64,000 bases of DNA from an uncultured delta proteobacterium. GTDB lineage: Bacteria; Desulfobacterota; Binatia; UBA9968. This document shows positions 1-8,858 of this stretch, piece by piece. Location of the stretch: assembly GCA_963804165.1 (NCBI GenBank), contig CAWDPO010000010.1, forward strand, positions 32,001 through 96,000, given 5' to 3'. Positions within the stretch are counted from its first letter, which is position 1; the number at the start of each line of letters is the position of its first letter. A model generated the notes under the pieces. The model saw only the letters and a program-made list of their open reading frames with translations. It did no database searches and was not told where the DNA came from. A program made the translations under genes and the position numbers.

Positions 1-666
1 ACTTATCACTGGGTCTTCATCACGCGCAAAGAAGCCGGGCTTAAAAGTATCGAAACCCTACGCTCGGCAAGTGGAATTAGAATCGGCGCGCAAACCGTCG
101 GCCACTCGAACTATTTCGTCGGCCGCCTGTTTGCCCTGTTGATCGGATTTAAAGATCCTAAAATGGTCGTGGGCTACTCCGGCAACGAGCTCGACCTCGC
201 CCTCATGCGCGGCGAGATCGACGGCAGGATAAACAATCCGGACACGCTGACGATACGGAACGCGGAATGGCTCGCCAAAGGTATGATCGACATCCACGCG
301 ATCATGGAAGTGCCGCGCGGCCTCAAACAAGCGGGCTTCGATCGTTTGCCTGAAGTTGAAGAGTTCGCCAAATCGGAGCGTGAAAAAAAGCTATTGGCTA
401 TGGTTCGCACCTTCCGCCAGATCGGCACGCCGTCTTTCTTTCCGCCTGGCACGCCGGCGGAACCGGTAAAAATCCTCCGCGCCGCCACGGTGAAAATGTA
501 CAGCGACCCGGACTTTCACAAAGAGTATAAGAAACTGGTCGGCGAGGAGCCGACACCGCTATTGGGTGAAGACATGGAACGCGCCCTCAAAGAATTACCG
601 CGCGATCCAGAGACGGTCGATCTTTTCAAAAAGCTCAACGCCGCGGGACCGTTGCCGCCGCGGTGA
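1..666 (+). CDS. TctC/Bug-family tripartite tricarboxylate transporter substrate-binding protein (5'-partial)
   Basis: Frame is open from base 1 (TYHWVFITRKEAGL...); close paralog of the next ORF; C-terminal PPGTP motif. Confidence 0.8.
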   Translation, partial: TYHWVFITRKEAGLKSIETLRSASGIRIGAQTVGHSNYFVGRLFALLIGFKDPKMVVGYSGNELDLALMRGEIDGRINNPDTLTIRNAEWLAKGMIDIHAIMEVPRGLKQAGFDRLPEVEEFAKSEREKKLLAMVRTFRQIGTPSFFPPGTPAEPVKILRAATVKMYSDPDFHKEYKKLVGEEPTPLLGEDMERALKELPRDPETVDLFKKLNAAGPLPPR

Positions 667-676
667 TCAGGGCGAG

Positions 677-815
677 TTTCAAGCCGTTCAAGTCGTTTAA
701 CCGACAGAATATTCGACACACTGCTAATTGAACGTTGAACAGTCCGAAGTTTTCAGACGGTTTGGACGAACCCCGGACTCGATCCGGAGGGTTGAACGGC
801 TTGAACGATTTGAAC
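677..815. repeat. Inverted pair of short tandem 9-bp-unit (GTTCAANNN / TTGAAC) intergenic repeats
   Basis: ttcaagccgttcaagtcgttt at ~678-699 and gttgaacggcttgaacgatttgaac at 791-815; the same unit occurs at ~1926-1950 and ~8651-8680. Confidence 0.7.
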
Positions 816-845
816 CTCTCATCCAGAGAAAAAGGAGGGTTCGAG

Positions 846-1910
846 ATGAAATTGAATAGACTGCGACTTCAGCTCACCGCCCAAGCCATCTTGAGCGCGT
901 CGTTGATTTTTCTCTCCACCAACGCCTTCTCCCAGACGCCTTTCTATCAAGGCAAAACCATCACGATCATTCAGGGCACGGAACCGGGCGGCAGCTCGGA
1001 CATGATGACCAAGGCGATGCTGCCACATTTGAAAAAACATATTCCCGGCGAGCCCACCATCGTTTCGGAATACATGGGCGGCAGCGGCGGCATCAAGGCG
1101 GCCAATCACATTTTTAGAAACGCGCGCCCCGACGGCTTGACCATCGGCCGCATCGGCGGCGGTCTGGTGGCGAATGCGGCGCTCGGCGAAAAAGGCGTGC
1201 TCTACGATTTGAACAAATTCATTTACCTCGGCTCGCCGCACAGTACCTATCATTGGGTCTTCTTCACCAGGCGGGAAGCGAATTTGAGAAATATCGAAGC
1301 GCTGCGCACGACGCCGGGAATACGCATCGGCGCCCAGTCGGTGGGGCATTCCATTTATTTCGTCGGCCGGCTGTTTGCTTATCTGATCGGCTTTAAAGAT
1401 CCCAAGTTCGTCGTCGGTTATTCGGGCACCGAGCTCGACTTGGCGGTCACCCGCGGCGAGGCGGACGGTCGGGTCAATAACGCCGACACGATGCTGTCGC
1501 GCAGCGCCGACCTGCTGGCAAAGAAAGCCCTCGATCTGCACGTCATCATGGAAGTACCGAAAGGTTTGAAACAACCGGGTTTCGATGGCCTGCCGGAGAT
1601 CGAGGAATTTGCCAAGTCGGACAAAGAACGCAAATTGCTCGCAATGGTCCGGACATTCAGACAAGTCGGCACGCCGTCGATGCTGCCGCCGGGAACACCG
1701 CCGGAGCAAGTAAAGATCCTACGTACCGCCATGGCGAAGATGTACAGCGACCCGGAGTTTCACAAGGATTACCGGAAGCTCGTCGGCGAAGAACCGACAC
1801 CTATTCTAGGTGAAGAAATGGAGCGCGGTATTAAGGATCTACCGCGCGATCCCGAGCTCGTAGATCTATTCAAAAAACTCAACGCCGCCGGACCGCTGCC
1901 GGCGAGGTGA
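846..1910 (+). CDS. TctC/Bug-family substrate-binding protein
   Basis: RBS AAGGAGG before ATG 846; signal peptide; FYQGKTITII...PGGSSD; ARPDGLTIG; PPGTP. Confidence 0.85.
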   Translation: MKLNRLRLQLTAQAILSASLIFLSTNAFSQTPFYQGKTITIIQGTEPGGSSDMMTKAMLPHLKKHIPGEPTIVSEYMGGSGGIKAANHIFRNARPDGLTIGRIGGGLVANAALGEKGVLYDLNKFIYLGSPHSTYHWVFFTRREANLRNIEALRTTPGIRIGAQSVGHSIYFVGRLFAYLIGFKDPKFVVGYSGTELDLAVTRGEADGRVNNADTMLSRSADLLAKKALDLHVIMEVPKGLKQPGFDGLPEIEEFAKSDKERKLLAMVRTFRQVGTPSMLPPGTPPEQVKILRTAMAKMYSDPEFHKDYRKLVGEEPTPILGEEMERGIKDLPRDPELVDLFKKLNAAGPLPAR

Positions 1911-1982
1911 TCTAATATTTACCTCGTTCAAAAAGTTCAAGCCGTCTGAACGGGCAGGGCCCCGTGCCTGCCCCTATCCCGC

Positions 1983-3478
1983 CTAGCAGCCCGTGGCAAA
2001 AGAGCTCACGAGCGGGAATTTGATTCGCTCCACTTTGGTAGACATGTGAAAGGCGATCGTCGTGTTATCGGTCGATACCAGCTTCGAAGACGCTCCCAAA
2101 GCGTTTCTGAGGACCTTACGAATGACCATACAACTGCAAAAAGCGCCGCCAGGCGGCCCTGCAGGCTGCGCGGCGTGCCCACACCGAACAGTGTTCGCAT
2201 CAACAATCCAAGATTCAACGCCGCGGCATGTAGCAGTATGCGTTTGAGGATGTTCTGATGACCCCGCAGGTAGACACGTCGCATCGCTCCAGTTTCATAC
2301 AGATGGGCAAACGGCCGCTCGAGGAGTTCCCCCCGCTGACGGAGCAGCCGCTTGCCGCGTACGCCGCTAATCCGTCGGCGGTTGCGATATACGGCGTTGC
2401 GCGCCTCGGGGTTATCCTTCCAGTTTCGCCGCCCGCGATCGGGCTCCGAAATGTAGCTGCGCACGCCCACCGCTTCCAGGGCCACCAGCGCTTGATTGCT
2501 ATGATACCCCTTGTCGGCGACGACCTCTTTTGGCCCATCGCTCTCAGGGATGACCGCCTCGATCTGCTCGGCGGCCTCAATCAGCGTCTTGATACTCGTG
2601 GTGGGATCCCCTTGATCGGCGCCCTGCACGGTCACGCCCACCACCGCCCCCGTCTCCAGATCGACCGCGTGCTCGGCCTTGTGCGCCAAGTGCGTGCGTC
2701 CATCCTTCATCTTGGTGATCTTGGCGTCCGGGTCATGGGGATGGGTCCAGTCATCGTTGGAGCCCTTGTTCTTGCGCTTGCGGTCAAGGCGCGCCAAGTC
2801 CTCGCGTGTGGGCGTCTCAATGCCGGAGGCCTTGGCCAGCTGGGTGAGAAACTCCTGATAGTTTTCACCCGTATCGCGTCGCACGATACTGCGCAGCGCC
2901 GCATTGGCTTCGAGCGTGGTCGCGTCCATGCCGATCGTTTTGCCCTTGACCAAGCCCGCTTCAGCGAGCTGATTGAGAATCCAAGTGAAAACCTCCCGGT
3001 GCGTCTCCAAGTCGATCAACCGACGTGTGCGCGAAATCGTCGAATGGTCGGGCGGTGCCTCCGGCAACTCCAAATCCAAAAATTGGCGCAACGCAAACGA
3101 ATCGGCGGCGCGCCAGGCTATCGCGCGCTCGGAATCGAGCCCTTCAAAGTACCCGACAACGAGCAGGCGAAAATAGCGACCCGGTGCCAGACTCGGCCGG
3201 CCCATCCGCTCGGCGTAAAACGGCGCGCACAACTTCTCCACATGCGCATCGAACCCGGCTTTATCCAAAATCTGATTGATCCGCTCATAGAATGGATGTG
3301 CGGCCGTCGTCGGCAGATCGCTCGTGGCGATCCATATCGTCGATTGCCTCAACCTCTGCTTACGTTTTCCCATCGCCATGCACTCGACTGTACTATGCCT
3401 TAGCTGGTGTGACCAATGATCCAATCAATTTTCTGTTATTTGTTGAAGCCAACACGGACTTTCACCACGGACTGCTAG
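1983..3478 (-). mobile_element. Insertion sequence, IS5/IS1182-like, flanked by CTAG
   Basis: Ends ctagcagcccgtggcaaaag (1983-2002) and ctttcaccacggactgctag (3459-3478) are inverted repeats (17/20); CTAG at both ends; single DDE transposase inside. Confidence 0.85.
2006..3379 (-). CDS. DDE transposase (IS5/IS1182-like, DUF772-type N-terminus)
   Basis: GRPSLAP, PDHSTISR, MDATTLEANA, VADKGY, ELLERPF motifs; start taken at MAMGKRK. Confidence 0.9.
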   Translation of the reverse strand: MAMGKRKQRLRQSTIWIATSDLPTTAAHPFYERINQILDKAGFDAHVEKLCAPFYAERMGRPSLAPGRYFRLLVVGYFEGLDSERAIAWRAADSFALRQFLDLELPEAPPDHSTISRTRRLIDLETHREVFTWILNQLAEAGLVKGKTIGMDATTLEANAALRSIVRRDTGENYQEFLTQLAKASGIETPTREDLARLDRKRKNKGSNDDWTHPHDPDAKITKMKDGRTHLAHKAEHAVDLETGAVVGVTVQGADQGDPTTSIKTLIEAAEQIEAVIPESDGPKEVVADKGYHSNQALVALEAVGVRSYISEPDRGRRNWKDNPEARNAVYRNRRRISGVRGKRLLRQRGELLERPFAHLYETGAMRRVYLRGHQNILKRILLHAAALNLGLLMRTLFGVGTPRSLQGRLAALFAVVWSFVRSSETLWERLRSWYRPITRRSPFTCLPKWSESNSRS

Positions 3479-3492
3479 AGCCCGAATCGGCA

Positions 3493-3561
3493 CTTACCTT
3501 GCCGGCGGCCTTCGTCGATATTAATATCGCGAAAGGCAGATCTGTATATTACTGGTTGAAC
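3493..3561 (+). other. Copy 1 of 60-bp palindromic repeat ending at a GTT core (attI-like site and/or promoter-operator)
   Basis: 3493-3552 matches 8859-8918 at 51/60; central CGATATTAATATCG palindrome; followed by tg-GTTGAAC. Confidence 0.55.
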
Positions 3562-3713
3562 TAAACCGCTGCGCGGTGGCGGATGCCATGCCAGCGGTAG
3601 TGCTTTTGTCCGCTGCTGTTTTGCGCTTCATCTCTCGTAGCTTTGAGTCCCTCCCAGATTTCTGTTTCGCGTGATAGCGTCACTCCCAAATTTGAATCCA
3701 AGGAGGATTTTGT

Positions 3714-4550
3714 ATGGGAGCACTACGCACGAGGATGGTCGAGGAGATGAAGTTGAGAAACTTCTCGCCGCGCACGCAGCAGTCGTATTTGGCGGCGATG
3801 ATAGGATTGGTCAAGCATTATCGCCGGTCGCCGGACCAACTGACGCAAGACGACATTCGCGCTTATCTACTGCATCTGGAAAAACGCGGGTTGTCGCCGA
3901 GTTCGCGCAACGTGGCAATCTCGGGGATGAAGTTCTTTTACCACCAGATGTTGGGCTGGAACGACAAGCAATTGTTTATTCCACCGAGAAAGCGAAGTTG
4001 GCAACTGCCCGAAGTGTTAGGCCAGAAGGAAGTCGAACGGTTGCTGTTGGCCGCGGCAAAACAGCGCGACCGATGTCTGTTAATGACGGCCTACGCCACG
4101 GGGTTGCGGGTCAGTGAATTGGTCCGGCTCAAAGTCAGCGCCATTGACAGCGAACGGATGATGGTGCGGGTGGAGCAAGGCAAGGGGAGAAAGGACCGCT
4201 ACACGATTTTGTCTCTCCATCTGCTCACCGAGCTGCGCTCCTATTGGAAAGAGCATCGCTCGCCGATTTACCTGTTCCCCAACCGCAAGGGCGGTCCGAT
4301 ATCGATCGACTACGCCCAGAGGATCTACAATCTTGCCAAGGTGAAGGCCGGCATCCAAAAAGGCCACGGCATCCATACACTCAGACACTGTTTTGCTACC
4401 CATCTATTGGAAGCCGGGGTGGATCTGAGAACCATTCAGACGCTATTGGGCCATAACTCCATGGCCAGTACCGAGCGTTATTTGCAGATTCGCCAGCACA
4501 GGATCACCACCACGGCCAATCCCTTAGATCTGCTGCGACTGCCAAACTGA
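3714..4550 (+). CDS. Tyrosine recombinase / site-specific integrase (278 aa)
   Basis: YATGLRVSE, GKGRKDR, HTLRHCFATHLLE, LGH, TERY catalytic motifs; RBS AAGGAGG; lacks the IntI-specific insertion. Confidence 0.92.
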   Translation: MGALRTRMVEEMKLRNFSPRTQQSYLAAMIGLVKHYRRSPDQLTQDDIRAYLLHLEKRGLSPSSRNVAISGMKFFYHQMLGWNDKQLFIPPRKRSWQLPEVLGQKEVERLLLAAAKQRDRCLLMTAYATGLRVSELVRLKVSAIDSERMMVRVEQGKGRKDRYTILSLHLLTELRSYWKEHRSPIYLFPNRKGGPISIDYAQRIYNLAKVKAGIQKGHGIHTLRHCFATHLLEAGVDLRTIQTLLGHNSMASTERYLQIRQHRITTTANPLDLLRLPN

Positions 4551-4565
4551 GAAGGCAGATTCTCG

Positions 4566-5742
4566 GTGCTGTCGCGCGCGGATGGGCGGGCAGCAGGAGA
4601 GAAACAGGGGCGCCCCGAGCTGGCCGATGTTTTTCGCCAGTACGGGGAGAACTACCAACGAACGCATCGCTTGTCGGCCTCTCAGCAAAAAGTGATGCAG
4701 GCCGTCTCGGTCTGCCGGACTCAACAGCTAGGCGGGCATCTGGATCGATGCGACTCATGCGGTTTTGAGCGCCCGGCTTATAACTCCTGTCGTAACCGCC
4801 ACTGTCCTAAATGCCAGTCCTTGGCCAAAGCCAAGTGGTTGGAGAAACAAACCGCTGAGCTTTTGCCGGTGGGATACTTCCATCTGGTCTTCACGTTACC
4901 GCACGAGCTCAATGGTCTGATCCTCGCCCACAAAAAGATTGGTTTGAGCTCTGCTCTTTAAAGCCGTCAGCGAAACGCTCCTTGAGTTTGGCCGCTCGCG
5001 TCTTAAGGGAACGGTGGGGGTCATCGCCGTCCTGCATACCTGGGATCAAACGCTCAAAGACCATTTTCATCTGCACTGTCTCATCCCCGCCGGCGCTCTG
5101 TCCTTCGATCACAGCCGCTGGATCTCTGCGCGAAAAAACTTTCTGTTTCCCGTCAAAGCTTTGAGCCGGGTCTTTCGTGGAAAGTTTCTTGATCGGTTAC
5201 AGCAGGCCGGTGATAGAGGAAAAGTCGAAGAAATCAACGCTGTCATCAAAGCCTTACGCCAAAAAGATTGGAACGTCTACGCGAAAAAGCCCTTCGGTTC
5301 TCCACAGAAAGTTCTCGATTACCTCGGCCGCTACACTCACCGCGTCGCTCTCTCCAATGACCGAATCCTCAAAGTCGAAAACGGCCAGGTCTCTTTGAGC
5401 TATAGAGATCGAAAAGATGGGGATAGAAAAAAAACAGTCACCCTTGAAGCCCAGGAATTTATCCGCCGCTTCATGCTTCACGTGCTTCCCGATGGCTTCA
5501 TGCGCATCCGTCACCTCGGGTTTCTGGCCAACCGCTCTAAGAAACAGGCCTTGGCTCAATGCCGCAAACTTCTCGATCTTGATCCGGCTTTGCCCCAGCG
5601 TCCCAACGAATCAGCCAAAGAATTGCTGCTAAAAATTAGCGGTTTCGATCTCGCTCGCTGCCCTTGCTGCTGTGAGGGAATGATGATTATCGTAGGCGAC
5701 CTACCAGCATTGTCGATCTCGCCTCGTGTGGATTCTTCATGA
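4566..5742 (+). CDS. IS91-family (Y2/HUH) rolling-circle transposase with Zn-binding domain; one frameshift near 4950
   Basis: CDSC..YNSCRNRHCPKCQ Zn domain; LHTW..HFHLHC HUH motif; YLGRYTHR; removing one base near 4950 restores LLFKAVSETLLEF. Confidence 0.88.
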
Positions 5743-5990
5743 ACAAGGCTCCATCGCATCTCAGCTGGTGTGACTCTCGATCTGCCGACATTGGCGCGGG
5801 TGTGTTTGGCTCTGCCCAAAACCGGCTCTGAAGCCGCATGGCAGTGTCGCAATCGGCGAAAAGCCATCGGCGCTGATCTCAACCAGCATCCGCTGGCCGT
5901 ACTATCGCTACCGCGTGCGCCATGCTCGGCCGGCACTGCGTCCAGGTTACAATCCCCATAGCCGAAGCAGCACAGCGGCTCCGCGGTTTA

Positions 5991-6085
5991 GTCCAACCAC
6001 GTTTTATCCCCTTAGCGATACTCCGGCGCTATCCAAGCAACTTGATTGCCGCCAACCTTTAGGGATAAAACGCTATACGTTAGAC
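5991..6085 (+). other. Atypical att site (attC/attI-like) at the right end of the element
   Basis: GTCCAAC (5991), perfect 11-bp IR cgttttatccc (6000-6010) / gggataaaacg (6062-6072), then GTTAGAC (6079-6085). Confidence 0.55.
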
Positions 6086-6104
6086 CGACAGAGATACTTG
6101 GAAG

Positions 6105-6506
6105 ATGCAACATCAACGTACTGAAATCGGAAGAGCATGGTTCGCAATATGTTGGTTCGCCACTTGGGGATTGTTTCAGGGATTTGCAGTCTTCTCGGTG
6201 CTCAATGGAACCTGGGAGCGACCAGCCGCATTTCCGGCCGGCGCATACGAGTCGCTGATCTATCCAGATATGTTCTTCATTCCGCTCTACTTGTTGGCGG
6301 CCACTCTGCTGTTTCGGCGCCACTGGCTCGGGAGCGTTCTGGCCTTTGTGGCGGGCGGTGGAATCGTCTACGCCATGATCTATCTCTTGGCCCTTTCTGG
6401 TTTCTCAGGCGCGGTTAATCTGACCGCTGACGGGATATTCTTGGCCTGCACGTTTGTCTCGCTGTGGCAGGTGGGGTACCGCACCAGTCTGCGGCACGCG
6501 GTCTAA
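6105..6506 (+). CDS. Hypothetical membrane protein (gene cassette)
   Basis: About four hydrophobic segments; stop codon lies within the attC R'' box GTCTAAC; upstream core GTTAGAC is its exact complement. Confidence 0.75.
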   Translation: MQHQRTEIGRAWFAICWFATWGLFQGFAVFSVLNGTWERPAAFPAGAYESLIYPDMFFIPLYLLAATLLFRRHWLGSVLAFVAGGGIVYAMIYLLALSGFSGAVNLTADGIFLACTFVSLWQVGYRTSLRHAV

Positions 6507-6602
6507 CACGCCGCTGCAGCCGACGAGCGGCGCGGCTGGTATCGGGCTGACTCAAGGGTCTTGGGTGATCGCCGCTCGCGGCTGAGCGGCATGGCGTTAG
6601 GG
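6501..6602 (+). other. Integron attC site
   Basis: R'' GTCTAAC, 5-nt spacer, L'' GCTGCAGC ... L' GCTGAGC, R' GTTAGGG; internal dyad gagcggcg / cgccgctc. Confidence 0.85.
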
Positions 6603-6632
6603 GCCGGATCTGCGCTGCAACTTGGATAGACC

Positions 6633-7109
6633 ATGTCATTTCCTGCCCCGTTCATCATTCGTCAGCTTGCGTCCGACGACGTGGCACTGATGGAAGCCAT
6701 GTTGACGACCTTCGGCAATGCGTTCGACGAGGTGGAGGCTTATGGCGCGGCTCGGCCAAGTAAAGCCTATCTCGAGCGCTTGCTTGGCAGTGATTATTTT
6801 ATCGCGCTTGCAGCATTGAAGAATGACTCGGTTGTCGGCGGCATCGCCGCTTACGAACTCCATAAGTTCGAGCAGGAGCGCAGTGAAATCTACATTTATG
6901 ATTTGGCCGTCGCGGCAGCGCACCGGCGCGAGGGCATCGCGAGGCGGAGCGAACTCAAGAAGATTGCTGTAGTGCGCGGAGCCCATGTCATCTTCGTGCA
7001 AGCGGACATCGGCGATGCACCTGCCATCGAGTTATATACGAAGCTAGGAGCTCGCGAAGAAGTGCTGCACTTCGATATCGCAGTTCCGGGTGGCAATGAC
7101 GGTACATAA
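6633..7109 (+). CDS. aac(3)-I: AAC(3)-I-family aminoglycoside N-acetyltransferase-like GNAT (gene cassette)
   Basis: YLERLLGSDYFIALAA, AYELHKFEQERSEIYIYDLAV, FVQADIGDAPAIELYTKLG.REEVLHFDI match AacC1-type motifs; short deletion after REGIA. Confidence 0.8.
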   Translation: MSFPAPFIIRQLASDDVALMEAMLTTFGNAFDEVEAYGAARPSKAYLERLLGSDYFIALAALKNDSVVGGIAAYELHKFEQERSEIYIYDLAVAAAHRREGIARRSELKKIAVVRGAHVIFVQADIGDAPAIELYTKLGAREEVLHFDIAVPGGNDGT

Positions 7110-7168
7110 ACGTGGTTGCAGGTGACTTCCAGCCTGCGACCGGCCCGCACCTGAACCACGGGATAAGT
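7104..7168 (+). other. Degenerate attC site
   Basis: cgtggttGcaggtg (7111-7124) pairs with cacctgaaccacg (7148-7160) leaving one extrahelical base; both R boxes are damaged (ACATAA-, GATAAGT). Confidence 0.6.
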
Positions 7169-7171
7169 GCC

Positions 7172-7565
7172 ATGACCACCTACCGAGGTTCCTGCCATTG
7201 CGGAAAAGTCCGCTTCGAAGCGGTCGAGGCTGAGATTGACCATGTTCGAGTCGTGCGACTGCTCCATCTGTCGCAGGCGAGGTGCGCTCAATTATCGCGT
7301 GGCCAAAGAAAATTTTCGTTTGCTGACGCCTTGGCAGGATCTCACCCTGTATCAATGGGGCTCTCTAACTGCAAAGGACTATTTCTGTCCGACATGCGGT
7401 ATTTTGTCTTTCAGACGACCGAGCGATCCAACACCGGCGGAACTATCTGAAGGCGTAGAGCCCTTCGAAGGATGGGCTATCAACCTAAGATGCCTAGAAG
7501 GCATCGATCTGGACTCAATCCCTGTCAAGCGAATCGACGGCAGTAGAATCCGGCTTGGTCTCTAG
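7172..7565 (+). CDS. GFA/CENP-V family Zn protein; frameshift near 7252
   Basis: YRGSCHCGKVRF + CDCSICRRRG + YFCPTCG + INLRCL split over two frames. Confidence 0.8.
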
Positions 7566-7726
7566 AGGCCGTCGCCCACGCGCCAAAATAATTAGCCATT
7601 TTTTCCGCGTCGGGCAGACGGTTACGACCTTGTCGTGCTTTCTGAATTGATGGAACCAAAAGATACAGATCGCTGCGTCGCCTGAGCCCACAAAACTTAG
7701 TATAGTTCGTCAGGTAGGTTGATTTC

Positions 7727-8528
7727 ATGAGTATCTCTGGAGGATACGATGAATACGCGTTCATCGCCGATCTCTACGACCACGTCGTGCCTTACCGTGC
7801 TCGGGCGGATATCGCCTTCTTCGTCGAAGCAGCGAGGAAAGCTGGGAGTCCAGTTCTCGAAGTGGGTTGCGGGACCGGACGCATCCTGATTCCGACCGCT
7901 CGCGCCGGCGTTGATATCGTGGGTCTCGATCTTTCTCCGCACATGCTTGCAGTGTGCCGCCGGCGGCTCCGGGACGAACCGGCACGAGTCGAATCCAGGG
8001 CGCGCCTAATACAGGCAGACATGCGATCGTTCGACCTCGGAAACACTTTCAATTTGGTGACAGTTCCGTTTCGTCCCTTCCATCTTGACTACATTGGACG
8101 ATCAGTTCGCCTGTCTCGTGAACATTCGTCGCCACTTGGTCGATGGAGGTCGCTTGATCCTTGACCTGTTCAATCCGTCTCTCGATTTACTGGTGAATGC
8201 GGCGGTTGGAGAAGAATTCGGTGACGAACCGGAGTTCTCCATGCCGGATGATCGTCGTGTGATCCGGCGCCACAAGACCGTCGCCAGCGATCGCTTTAGT
8301 CAAGTCAACCAGGTTGAGCTGATCTATTACGTCACTCATCCCGACGGCCGCGAAGAACGTTTGGTCCACTCTTTCCCTATGAGATATCTGTTCAGATTTG
8401 AAGCAGAACATCTGTTAGCTCGCTGTGGATTTGAGGTTGAGCATGTTTATGCGGATTACGACAAGAATTCGTACGGGTCGAAATATCCAGGCGAACTAAT
8501 ATTTGTCGCAAAACATGCCAGGACCTGA
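7727..8528 (+). CDS. Class I SAM-dependent methyltransferase; frameshift near 8083
   Basis: VLEVGCGTGRI, GLDLSPHML, QADMRSF, PFRPF, then LILDLFNP...YLFRFE in a second frame; followed by GCCTAAC (8542). Confidence 0.8.
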
Positions 8529-8551
8529 CGGTACAGCCGCAGCCTAACATC

Positions 8552-8670
8552 CGGTATCAAAGACCTGCAGCGCGATCCGGAGATCATCGATCTTTTCAAG
8601 AAACCCAATGCCGCGGGACCGCTGCCGGCGAGGTGATCTAGATTTAACTCGTTCAAAAAGTTCAAGCCGT
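8552..8670 (+). repeat. Diverged duplicate of tctC 3' end and downstream repeat (original ~1826-1945)
   Basis: Encodes GIKDLQRDPEIIDLFKKPNAAGPLPAR* vs GIKDLPRDPELVDLFKKLNAAGPLPAR*; shared ctcgttcaaaaagttcaagccgt. Confidence 0.85.
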
Positions 8671-8858
8671 TCAAACCGTTTTTACGGAGCGCAGCACCAG
8701 TTTCATCAAATTTACCGCGTCTGCAATGTGGAGCACATCCGGGTACCTGATCAATTTTCGACTGCTGGAGTTCCTTCCGATGAACCTCTTCCCATGCGCA
8801 TTCGAGCCCGTCTAAACGAGAGCAGAGCAAACGGTTCTCGGCCTTTATGTATCCGACC

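Larger units (their letters stand above)
3553..6085 (+). mobile_element. Tyrosine recombinase + IS91-type transposase element with 17-bp inverted ends
   Basis: tggttgaactaaaccgc (3553-3569) vs gcggtttagtccaacca (5983-5999), 16/17 inverted match; two co-oriented genes inside; terminal hairpin and GTTAGAC at 6079. Confidence 0.8.

Noticed and set aside
677-1950. CRISPR array from the GTTCAA/TTGAAC repeats
   Set aside because: Units are 9 bp and tandem, with no unique 30-40-bp spacers and no cas genes.
2258-3403. 381-aa plus-strand ORF
   Set aside because: Antisense shadow of the transposase; no recognisable motifs.
3542-3557. LexA SOS box (CTGT-N8-ACAG) at ctgtatattactgg
   Set aside because: The right half-site ACAG is absent in both copies of the repeat.
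3714-4550. Calling the recombinase an integron integrase (intI)
   Set aside because: 278 aa, no IntI-specific insertion before the HxLRH box, and co-oriented with the cassettes instead of divergent.
4940-4965. Programmed ribosomal frameshift in the IS91-type transposase
   Set aside because: No slippery heptamer at the shift point, IS91 transposases are normally a single ORF, and many similar indels occur nearby.
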